64,000 nucleotides of DNA from assembly GCA_043228905.1 (NCBI GenBank), contig JBHGNT010000004.1:6262001-6326000 (forward strand), written 5' to 3'. Position numbers and translations under genes: made by a program. A model generated the notes under the pieces. It had not been told where the DNA came from, ran no database searches, and saw only the letters and a list, made by a program, of their open reading frames with translations. Positions 48,232 through 58,547 of the stretch are shown here, piece by piece. Source of the DNA: Azolla caroliniana (Eukaryota > Plantae > Polypodiophyta). Within the stretch, counting starts at the first letter, position 1. Each line of letters opens with the position of its first letter.

Positions 48232-48966
48232 TGTCGTGAAGAAAACCGGCCATAGGGGGAATCGAAGGAAAAGGCGCATGAACCAGCTCTTACAGGGGTG
48301 GACGCGAGGATTGATATATTGTACATAATTCGTAATTAAGGCGACTGGTGTAAATACTAGGTAGTGCACATTTATTAGGGGATTTTGTGCGTATCTCTAT
48401 TGAGAGGAACAAGGAATAAAGCAGTTTGGCTAAGGAAAAGGGGGCACCCCCTTTTGGGGAACTATTTAAGGAGGGAGAGGAAAAAGGAACAGGTATCGCG
48501 CGCTAGGGAGGAAAAAGTGTTGCTGCAGATCTGAGTGCCGAGCTCTCTCTTCTCCTCTGGTCGTCGGTCTCTGTGGGTCGGGAGTTCGCTGCCTCTGCTT
48601 CGTGGACAACCCGTGCGCTTCCAACATAGGCTCTCCCCCCTTTGTTTTGTTTCTGGGAGTCGAGCGAGTGTTGTCTGTGTGCGTGAGTAGGATTCCTGTG
48701 TCGGGTCCATCGCCGCCTTGTCGGTTGTAACCGTCAGAGTCGTATTCTCTTGTTATCGTATTCTCTTGTTATTGTATTCTCTTGTTATTGTAAACTCTTG
48801 TTATTGAAATCGAGTGTTGCGTTTTATATCTCTCCTTCTCGCTTCGTGTATCTAGAAATCTCTCTCGCTCTCTCGCTCTCTGTCTCTCTCACTCTCTCTC
48901 TTGCTCCTCGGTTCAAGACCCCTGTGGTCCCGCCCCGTCTACACGCGTGCGTGTAACTTCGCGACA
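48232..48966 (+). mobile_element. I: solo LTR of the Trp-primed family inside H's LTR
   Basis: TGTCGTGAAGAAAACCG...GCGACA termini; TSD ACGT/ATGT. Confidence 0.88.
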
Positions 48967-51051
48967 ATGTACTCGCGGAAAACCGCGACATCTTTGGTGA
49001 ACCCGACGTGAAGGACGGAAAGGGAGAATGGAGTAGGAAGAAGACGACTTAATGCAACTTTTGTTCGAAGTGGTGAGGGAGTTTGGATGAGCAACAACAA
49101 GAAGGGAGATGGCGTAGCAAGCTGTTGAGCGAGTGGTCGAAAGAGTTGGCCGTTTTAACGGGGACGAAGTCCCATTCTACTTGGAAGCCTACAACACGGA
49201 AATGGAGGAGCGACGCGTAGACGAGGCGTTGAGGCTGGGGTTCTTCTATCGGGTCGTCGTCGTCCGCATGCACGCGGAAGTTAAGGAGCTCTGAGAAGCT
49301 CATAGTTCGTGGGAGGCCTTTGAACAAGCACTCGTGCAGGCATATGGAGGACGGTGGAAGAACCCGGGACGACACGACTTCGACCAGTCGGTTGCATCGA
49401 CACGAGCAAGGTATGACCATTTTCAATTACTCAAGCGCTCTTGTCTACGCTGTCCTCAACCTTTCTTTTTTCTTCATGTCTCTCACCCTGAGTTTCAAAA
49501 TCATGATAGCTAACTTCGTTAGCTTCGATTCGCATGTTTGAACACAAAAATCAGATATAGCACGAGCCAGGTATGAATATTTTCATTTTATCACTCGCTC
49601 TTGTCTACCCTGTGGCAAAACTTTACTTTTTTCTTCCTATCTCTCGTAATGAGCTTCAAAATCATGAATTTTCAATTTCATATCATAGCTAGCTTCATTA
49701 GCTTTGATTCACATATTTGAACACAAAAATCCGATATCACACGGGCCAGTTATGAACATTTTCATTTACTCACGCGGGAACCGGGAAATATTGGCTACAT
49801 TGGTAGGGTGCACCATGTGCACCCACCCTCGTGTAATTGTGTGAATAGTAGGAGTTAAGTCGGGACGAAGAATCCCATGTAAATCGGGATTTATCCCACA
49901 TTGTAACGCATCCCTCTCCTTGTTCTATAAAAGGAAGGGATGGTCCCTTGTAGAAGGGTTGCCCATTTTTGTATTAGTAGGGTATACCGTTGTCGTGAAG
50001 AAAACCGTCCACAAGCGGAATCGGTACACCGGAGCATAGGAACCGGCTCTTCATGCACGTACGCCTTGTCTTGTACATAGGAGAGAATTAGGGACATGGG
50101 AGATCCTAGGTAGGTAGATTCGGTAGGTAGGAAGTTAATAGGAAACGGCTCCCTTCTTGCCTATAAAAGGAGGGAGACGAGGAGGAGGAAGGGATCGCGA
50201 AGTAAGAGAGGACGAAGTGCTGTCGGATTGTGGGCCGAAGGCTTCTCTCTCTTCCAAACTCCATAGCTTCTTTCTGCGCAGGTTTCGGGAGGCTCGCGCT
50301 GCTCTGAGGAATGCCCGAGTGCTTCGGGCAGCACCTTCAACCTACTCCTTTCTTTATGTGCGTTTACGAACAAGCATCGGCATCTGTTTGCCGGCCTGTT
50401 CGGTTGTGACCGACTTCGTGTTCTTGTTGTTTGTCTTTGTTAATACATACATACATTCGTGTCTCTCTGTGTCGCTGTCCCACTCGCGTCTTTGTGTTAC
50501 CGGCCGGCAAGGAGTCCAAAATACGGAGTGAAGGAATTAATTAAATATAGTTGTAAATGAGCATAGTGTGGACGGACGGACTGGAAACGGTATGCCGTTC
50601 CAGATCCGGACGGATCCCGAATAGGTGCGAGAGGCACCGTTTTGTACTACGGGCCGGAAACCTATTTAAAGGCCCGGACCCCATTGTAATCACAGCGGAT
50701 AATTAATAGAGCTTATGATGTTTATACTTCTGTCTTGATTTCCGTTCTGTAATTACTGTTATATCTTACGCGTGTAATTAACCCAAAGCATTCTAATCGT
50801 GTAACCTACGTAAGTCGGTGTAATCGTTGAATATTAATCCTATGCCGTAATCACCCTTTGGTGAAGTGTCTCCGTGACACCTTGTGTTAGACCTTGTCCG
50901 GTCAGAGAATAACACAGTTTTGGCGACCACGATGGGATCCGAACCCGGAACCCTTGACGGCACAGAAACATGCCGTTACACAGGAAGAGGAAACGGAGGA
51001 GCCAGAAGAGCACCTCCAACGACGGTCAAGAAGTAGGACCGCCGAGACAGG

Positions 51052-54000
51052 CAAGAGAATGATGGCCGGTACGGGAATCGGCGTGATAACTACGACCGGT
51101 ATGAGCGATCGGACCGTTATCGGGAGCCCAACAGACGACACGAGCAATACGACAGAGACCATTCCCCTGGTTACCGAAGGCACCAGGAGGACTACGGCCG
51201 ATTTTACGATCCACCACGACCGGACTACCGAAATAAAAATAAGAATAATAAGAAACGTAATTTCAAGAAAGGTGGTCACCCTAGGGACCCGGAACATGGA
51301 ACCCCAAGGAGCCAACCGGCACAGAACGCACCACTCACTACGGGACCGACTCCGGCTACCAGCAATGCTGAATCCAGCAATACCCGTAAAGAGTACTGCT
51401 ACTACTGCAGGCAGGAAGGCCACTACAGTAACCAGTGCCCGGTAAAGAGCTACGAGAAACGACCAGCAGTTAATATGGTGGTTCCGGAAGTGACGGATGT
51501 ACAGCAAGTAACCACACGGTCGAAAGGCATGGCCAAAGAGTGGGAAACACAAGAGGCCATACGAAAACAGGCGACGGAATGGGTGAAGGAAGCCAATGAA
51601 AGGAACGTCGCGGACGCGGAACGGCAAAAGGCGAATACCATAGGGAGTGCCGGCGGTAGCCACCCAGAAAACGAGACATGGCAAGCATTGCAAGAATGTC
51701 AGATCACGTTGCCGTTAGGACGACTCTTGCAGCTCGTGCCGCGATTTACGGAAGGACTAAAAACGGGCATGACAGACGGTATAGCCCCACCGGCACCAGT
51801 CCTCTTCTCGAACCCGGAGGAGGGACCGACGGTGGTGGACACTAGTAGTCCGGTGATTACAGCTATTGTCAAAGGGCACGAACTTCCCGGCACAGTAATC
51901 GATGGAGGTTCCGGGGTGAACGTAATAAGCCTCCACACGTGTAATGCCTTGGGTATACATGAATGGGAGCCATGTCCGTTCTGGCTACGGATGGCGGATA
52001 CGAGCTCTGTACGACCGACGGGCTTAATACGGAAATTGGAAGTCACCATAGGAGGCCACACATTTCACATCTCGGCTGTCGTGCTGCAGCTACAGGCGCA
52101 AGGCGCGTACCCACTATTGCTGGGCAGACCATGGTTGAAAACAGCACACATCAAGCAAAATTGGCGGAAAAATATGATTACCTTCCGGCGCGGAAAAGCC
52201 AAGGTCCGGGTTCCGACACAACCACGGACGAGCAACGGTAAGGAATGCACACCGCTATATGCGGAATGCGTGAACATGCTGGAAGGGTTGGCAGACGGCG
52301 AAGAAGCCCAGTACTTGGAGGAACACCCGAAGATCGTACCACTCTTCGAGATAGACGTGGCTGAAGCCGTAGCGCCATACTTGCCGCAGCGGGACGAAAC
52401 CGAAGCCGAACCAGACAAAGATGCGATTCGGGAATTACGGCAAGCACAGGAAGCGTTGGAACGGGAAATGGCCGTTTCCCAACGGGTAAAAGCATCCCAG
52501 CTCGACGAAGTGAACCTAGGAAGCAAGGACGAATCAAAGCCGGTACACATCGCCAAAGAAATGAAGCCGGAAGATAAAGCGGCGATGATCAAACTTCTCA
52601 CGGAGTTTCGCGACGTATTCGCCTGGTCATACGAAGACATGCGAGGGCTGGACCCTCAACTATATCAGCATCAGATCCACTTAGGCAAGGACGCGAAACC
52701 AGTGGCGCAAAGACGTTACCGAATGAACCCCAACTACGCCGCCAAAGTGAAGGAGGAAATCGATAAACTCCTAAGAGTGGGCTTCATCCGGCCGGTAAAG
52801 AAAGCGACGTGGCTGAGCCCCATCGTCGTCGTTCCCAAGAAGAACGGTAAAATCCGCGTGTGTGTAGATTACAGGAAACTAAATGCCGCCACAATTACGG
52901 ATGCATTCCCTCTTCCGTTCACGGACGGAGTACTGGATGCCGTCGCCGGTCATGAAGTCTATAGTTTTTTAGACGGGTTCAGCGGATACAATCAAATCCG
53001 GATGCACCCTGACGACCAGGAGAAGACAGCGTTCGTCACCGAATGGGGGGTGTTTGTGGCCGAAGTAATGATGTTTGGCCTAAAAACGGCACCAGCAACT
53101 TTCCAGCGAATCATCATGGAGATCTTCGGCGAATACATTCCTGCCTTTATGCAGGTTTTCCTGGATGATTTTGCAGTCTATAGCCGGGGAAAAGACCATT
53201 TGCAGCACCTACGGTTATGCCTTGAAAAGTTTAGGTTATACCGGCTAAGCTTAAACCCAGCAAAATGCATCTTTGGAGTTTCAAGTGGAATATTGCTGGG
53301 ACACATTGTAAGTAAGGAGGGCATTGCGGTCGACCCCGACAAAGTAAACGCGATACTAGGGGCACCGGCACCGAAAACGGCCAAAGCACTAAGCCGATTC
53401 TTAGGACAGATCCGGTGGCACAGCCGGATGCTCCGTCACTTGGCTGACTTGGCTACACCATTACACACCGCGGTACACCGGACACCGTTCCAATGGACGG
53501 ATACGGAGGACAAGGCATACAACGCCCTGAAGGTACTTTTGTCGCAAGCACCCGTTGTCCAGCCTCCGGATTGGAGCAATGAATTTCATGTGTTCGTTGA
53601 CGCTTCCGACATCGCTATCGGCAGCGCCTTAATGCAACTTACGGAGCCCAAATGGTACCGGCCGGTATATTACGCCAGCCGGAAGCTGTCCCAAGCGGAG
53701 AAGAACTATTCAACGACGGAACGGGAGGCCCTGGGCATGATCTACAGTGTAACAAAGTTTCGTCATTACCTATTGGGGAGGAAGTTTTCATTTCATGTGG
53801 ATCACTCGGCGCTCCTGTACTTAGTGTCCAAGGCGTCCCTGACCGGTAAGTTGGCCCGTTGGACCTTGCTGTTGCAAGAGTTCGAATTCGAGATCTTCCA
53901 CCGGCCCGGTATCCAGCATGCCGTAGCAGACTATCTGAGCCGGTTAGAGTCCGGAGAATCAGGCGCCGGAGTAGCGGATGAATTCCCGGACGCAGAGTTA

Positions 54001-55464
54001 TTCCGTATCACCCCGGAAACGGCAGCGGACGATACGGTGGCATCAGAAGATAGGTGGCTGACAAACATGCACCAGTTCCTAAGCACGGGCCTGCCACCGG
54101 AGGAAATGAACCGGGACGAGAGGAAACGACTGGCGGTGCAGAGCCGCAATTTCTGTCTGTTACGGGACACTCTCTACCACAAGGGAGCAGATGGAATATG
54201 GAGACGGGCAGTCCGTAGTGACGAGAAAGAAGTAATCTTACGGGAAGCACACTGTGGGGTTGCCGGAGGACATTACGCCGGGGAAGCGACGGCAAGAAAA
54301 GTATGGCAGAGCGGCTTGTGGTGGCCCACGACGTTAAAAGACGCCGTCAAGTACGCTAAGGAATGTGACCTATGCCAACGAATGGGCCAGCCTACGGAGC
54401 AAGCACGGATGCCACACCAACCGGTACTTCCACTAGAGCCATTCCAGAAGTGGGGGTTGGATTTTGTCGGACCGTTCAAGCCACCGGCAATGAGAACGGG
54501 TAATCGTTATGTCATCGTGGCAACGGATTATTGCACTAAATGGGTGGAGGCTAAGGCCTTGAGAGACAATACCGCGGCATCCACAGCAAAATTCCTGTAC
54601 GAAAACATTTGGTGCCGATATGGATGTCCGATTGAATTAATCAGCGACCAAGGAGGGCACTTCCTCGGCCAGGTAGTGGAAAGCTTAACAACGTTCTATG
54701 CCGTGGTTCATAAACGGAGCACACCGTACTACCCACAAGCGAACGGGTTAGCAGAGTCCACCAACAAAACGCTGCAGAACATTCTCCGCAAAATCGTCAA
54801 TGAAAACCGGACGGACTGGGATACAAAGCTCCATAGCGCGCTATGGGCGTACCGAACGGCATACAAGACAAGTATCCGGACAACGCCATTCCGGTTAGCA
54901 TTCGGCTTAGAAGCGGTCATGCCGGTGGAATTTCAGGTACCAAGCTTACGGATCCAACTACGGGAACGGCTGAATGAAAAGAAGTCGGAGGAAATGCGGC
55001 TAGCAGCACTATGCGAACTGGAGGAGCAACGGCTGGCCAGCATCCTACACATGGAACTGGAGCAACGACGACGGAAAGCGTTCGTTGACCGTCACCGGAA
55101 AGGTAACGAAAAGATGTTCGAAATCGGAAAACCGGTTCTAGTATTCCAAACAAGGATGGGCAAGATGCCGGGTAAACTCCGGTTTAGATGGACAGGCCCG
55201 TATTGGCTGACACGGGAATACAACGGGTCCTATCAGATAGGGACACTTGCCGGTGAAGTACTAGGCAAGTGGGTGAACGGATTTAGACTAAAGCCCTATA
55301 AAGGACCGATGCCAAAGAACCCGTTTATGCAGCTCACCGGCACTATACCGGGAACGGTACAGATGGAAGAAAAAGACGATGGGGAACCAATAGCAGAGGC
55401 GAAGGAAGACACGGCAACCCGTAAGGGAAACGGTAAGGGTCCGAAGAAACCTACGGATGTGTAA
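51052..55464 (+). CDS. 5'-truncated gag-pol of K (NC zinc knuckle, PR, RT, RH, INT); capsid missing; first ATG at 51475
   Basis: CYYCRQEGHYSNQC; VIDGGSGVNVI; WLSPIVVVPKKNGKIRVCVDYRKLN; FLDD; FVDASD; KWGLDFVGP; ISDQGGHF; WTGPY. Confidence 0.92.
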   Translation, partial: QENDGRYGNRRDNYDRYERSDRYREPNRRHEQYDRDHSPGYRRHQEDYGRFYDPPRPDYRNKNKNNKKRNFKKGGHPRDPEHGTPRSQPAQNAPLTTGPTPATSNAESSNTRKEYCYYCRQEGHYSNQCPVKSYEKRPAVNMVVPEVTDVQQVTTRSKGMAKEWETQEAIRKQATEWVKEANERNVADAERQKANTIGSAGGSHPENETWQALQECQITLPLGRLLQLVPRFTEGLKTGMTDGIAPPAPVLFSNPEEGPTVVDTSSPVITAIVKGHELPGTVIDGGSGVNVISLHTCNALGIHEWEPCPFWLRMADTSSVRPTGLIRKLEVTIGGHTFHISAVVLQLQAQGAYPLLLGRPWLKTAHIKQNWRKNMITFRRGKAKVRVPTQPRTSNGKECTPLYAECVNMLEGLADGEEAQYLEEHPKIVPLFEIDVAEAVAPYLPQRDETEAEPDKDAIRELRQAQEALEREMAVSQRVKASQLDEVNLGSKDESKPVHIAKEMKPEDKAAMIKLLTEFRDVFAWSYEDMRGLDPQLYQHQIHLGKDAKPVAQRRYRMNPNYAAKVKEEIDKLLRVGFIRPVKKATWLSPIVVVPKKNGKIRVCVDYRKLNAATITDAFPLPFTDGVLDAVAGHEVYSFLDGFSGYNQIRMHPDDQEKTAFVTEWGVFVAEVMMFGLKTAPATFQRIIMEIFGEYIPAFMQVFLDDFAVYSRGKDHLQHLRLCLEKFRLYRLSLNPAKCIFGVSSGILLGHIVSKEGIAVDPDKVNAILGAPAPKTAKALSRFLGQIRWHSRMLRHLADLATPLHTAVHRTPFQWTDTEDKAYNALKVLLSQAPVVQPPDWSNEFHVFVDASDIAIGSALMQLTEPKWYRPVYYASRKLSQAEKNYSTTEREALGMIYSVTKFRHYLLGRKFSFHVDHSALLYLVSKASLTGKLARWTLLLQEFEFEIFHRPGIQHAVADYLSRLESGESGAGVADEFPDAELFRITPETAADDTVASEDRWLTNMHQFLSTGLPPEEMNRDERKRLAVQSRNFCLLRDTLYHKGADGIWRRAVRSDEKEVILREAHCGVAGGHYAGEATARKVWQSGLWWPTTLKDAVKYAKECDLCQRMGQPTEQARMPHQPVLPLEPFQKWGLDFVGPFKPPAMRTGNRYVIVATDYCTKWVEAKALRDNTAASTAKFLYENIWCRYGCPIELISDQGGHFLGQVVESLTTFYAVVHKRSTPYYPQANGLAESTNKTLQNILRKIVNENRTDWDTKLHSALWAYRTAYKTSIRTTPFRLAFGLEAVMPVEFQVPSLRIQLRERLNEKKSEEMRLAALCELEEQRLASILHMELEQRRRKAFVDRHRKGNEKMFEIGKPVLVFQTRMGKMPGKLRFRWTGPYWLTREYNGSYQIGTLAGEVLGKWVNGFRLKPYKGPMPKNPFMQLTGTIPGTVQMEEKDDGEPIAEAKEDTATRKGNGKGPKKPTDV

Positions 55465-55479
55465 GACCACATACCGTCA

Positions 55480-55484
<5 letters not shown>

Positions 55485-55518
<34 letters not shown>
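55485..55518 (+). repeat. A34 homopolymer between pol and the extra ORF of K
   Basis: Direct observation. Confidence 0.9.
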
Positions 55519-55521
<3 letters not shown>

Positions 55522-55847
55522 CATTAAAAATCGAGGTATGAACGGGTGTGAAAGCAAGGAGCGAAAAGGTACGTAGTGGGCATTTAAGAGCCGCCACGTT
55601 ACTTAATACTAAATCGGTACACGACGTGCGCATGCTCGAAAAAGGCGCCAAGACGCATAGAGAAAAAGAAGAGCGCATGGAGACCTTCTTTTTTCGCGAG
55701 CCAAGAAGCACAGAAGCACCAAGGCAGTGGAAGCTTAGCAGACGCGAACCTGCACTCAGAGAACCCCCGCGTTCAGAACGCTCTCTCTCTCGCTCTCACT
55801 CTCATCACCACTCTACCTCGCCATCTTTCCTCGACCTCGAAGCAGAC

Positions 55848-58547
55848 ATGGAACCACAAACGCTGTCGGAAGCGGCCAGGAAATGGTTCAGGCAACACGG
55901 ACTGGAGGGGTTCTTGGCCATCATGGAGGCACCACCGCACAGAGAAGCCGACCGGGTCATCAAGGAGCTCGACACAGAAGTCATCACCGAGGAAGCGATC
56001 CGTGCGCTGACAGGCCTTCCGGAGGGAGGTATCTTTCAGATTGATAACCCATCCTCGGAGCAACTCATCTGATATTTCGGTGAGTACTCTGTTGCCGGCA
56101 AAGGCTATCGAACGCAGGGCGGCGAAGATCCGCTATTCAGGGAGATAGCTCGAGTGCTCCATGAGTACGGCCACGTGTACCCCCGACCCCCTGTCATGCC
56201 AAAAAATCGGGCAGGGATGATCATAGCCACCTATGAAGGGACCAAGGTGGATTGGCCGGTGTTGATTGCAGACGGTTTGTGCGTGGCAATCGACATGGTA
56301 CGAGGAAAGGACGGCAAGGAGGGCCGGAAGCTGTGGCATGCTGTAGCTCAGTGGATAACATTGCTCGTGCCGCCGGTCGAGACCGTTCAGCCAAAGAAGC
56401 GGCCAAGAGTATCGGAAGGAAGCACCTCGAAGCCGGCATCCAAACGACAGCAGCTGCTGGCGTCGAAGGCGACGAAAGGGAAGAAACGGGTCCTAGAACC
56501 GGAGGAGGTGTCACCGGTCCGACCCGTCAAGATAACCATGCGGAGACCGGGACAGAAGGAACCGGAACCCTTGACGGCACAGAAACATGCCGTTACACAG
56601 GAAGAGGAAACGGAGGAGCCAGAAGAGCACCTCCAACGACGGTCAAGAAGTAGGACCGCCGAGACAGGAGGGGAGCGGTCGTACCCGCGAGAGGCAGAAA
56701 CGCCCCCAACTCAACCTGAGCAAACCACAAGGGAGGAACCGGAACCGGTGCGTAGGGAACCGGTTTTGTCGACTTCTATAGAAGAAGTCATTCCAACGGC
56801 TCCGGAGACGGCGAGAACCGGAACTCAACATCCGGCGAGCCCAACCAGCACACACGGCGGCCAAGGAGTAGAACTAGAACGGCATATGCAGGCACTCAGG
56901 CCAGACAATTCCACAGTGAATGAGCCGACCCAACCAATACAGCAGCAAGGCACCAGTAGCATGTGGCTACGGTGGGTAGGCGAGCAAATCGCCGGAGCGG
57001 TCGAGTATATAGAGGCGGAAGAGAGAGCGCACCAGGAACGGTTGCTCGTCACAACCGTAGATCTAGAGACGGCCCGGTCCAGAATCCGGAGCCTTGAACA
57101 AGACTTGGACAGGGTCACAAGGGAAATGGCTCAATTGGCTTTGACAACACAAGTCCAAGCACCGGTGACTCCGGGCAATGTACAGAATAAAGTGGCAGAT
57201 CAACCTGTACATAGCAATCAGACCCCGGCAACGGAAACCGTTCCGGAGAGAAATGCGGCACAAGCCCAAGAGCTTGCGGATTTAAAGGATGAGCTAGCTG
57301 CCCAAGAAGCGCTGAGGAGCCGCGAAAGAGAATTGAAGACGACAGCGGAGGCAGAACTCAAAAAGACTGCTGAGAATCTACGCCGGGCCGAGGAGAGCTT
57401 ACGGAAAGGCCACCAAGCGTACGACCGGCTCAAGGAGGAAAAGGAGAAAATGCTGCAAGAGAAGGACAGGCTCCGGAGGAACGCCGAAACAGAAGTAGAG
57501 CGCCTGAAAGAGGAACTCCTACAGGTAAAGGACCGGGAAGACCGGAACCATCGCCAGATCAACGGCAAGCTCAAACAAAAAACAGAGGAATTTGAGAACT
57601 TGCACCGGGAGTATAAACGGTTGCAAACGGAGCACAAGGAACGGACGGATGAGCTCCGGCAAGCAGTTGATCGGACCGCAACCGCATTCGCCAAGGAACA
57701 AGCGGAAACCAGAAGACGGTTGGAAGAGGCGGAGAAGGTTCGGACAGAGCTCCTCAGGCAACAGCAGGCGGAAAAAGAAAGAGCGGCGGAGGTACTGCAG
57801 AGGCTGCAAACGACATATCAAGGGCAGCTGACGCGCTACAGAGAGCAGGCGGAGGATACGACAAATCTCATCAAGCAGTTGAAGGAGGAGCGACAAGTGG
57901 TGGAAAGCAGAGCGCAAATGGGAGCAAGTCGCATCCAGGATATAATGCGGGCCTGGTTGAACCAGACCAAGAGCTTGATTGACAACGGTTCCGTCAAATG
58001 GTGGACCAAGTGGGCCACGAACGCGGCGGAACTCCAATTGCTCCGGGCCGACGTAGAGAACCGGCGGAAGGAGGGAGATGATTGCTATATGCTGACTTCC
58101 GAAGACTTCACCGGCATAAGAGATGAGCTTGCCGAAGACTTTCAAGCCTTGGCAGATGACCAACTAGGGCAGGTCCGACAACTTGTAACTCAGCTGGACG
58201 ACGACAGGCTGGAGGCGCAGATCCAGTTTGAAAGCTACGAGAGGTCCCGGATCCGGGGAGAGAAAGAACGAGAACCGGTTACGGTCAACCTCAGTGATGA
58301 GGAACCGTTACTGGAAGGAGACCGGACCGGAAGCAGTCAAACGGAGATGCCGGAGTCAGAGAGACAAACAGAGCAGCCGGAGTCAGCGAAACAAACGGAG
58401 CAGCAGCAGCAAGCAGAGCAGCCGGAGCAGCCTCAGTCCCAACCGCAACCACAGCAGCAGCAGCAAGCACAGCCGCAACAACCACAACCGGAAGAACAAG
58501 TGGAAATTCTTGAACAAAGTATTTTGGACAATTTGGGGGAACAATGA
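55848..58547 (+). CDS. Extra 3' ORF of K (~899 codons; one in-frame TGA at 56070): small globular N-terminal domain, disordered linker, long coiled coil, Q-rich tail
   Basis: ORFs 55548-56072 and 56154-58547 are in the same frame; the homolog in L conserves the sequence. Confidence 0.75.

Noticed and set aside
55848-58547. Calling K's extra ORF an envelope protein or SMC/myosin
   Set aside because: No signal peptide, transmembrane helix or ATPase motif seen; coiled-coil similarity is non-specific
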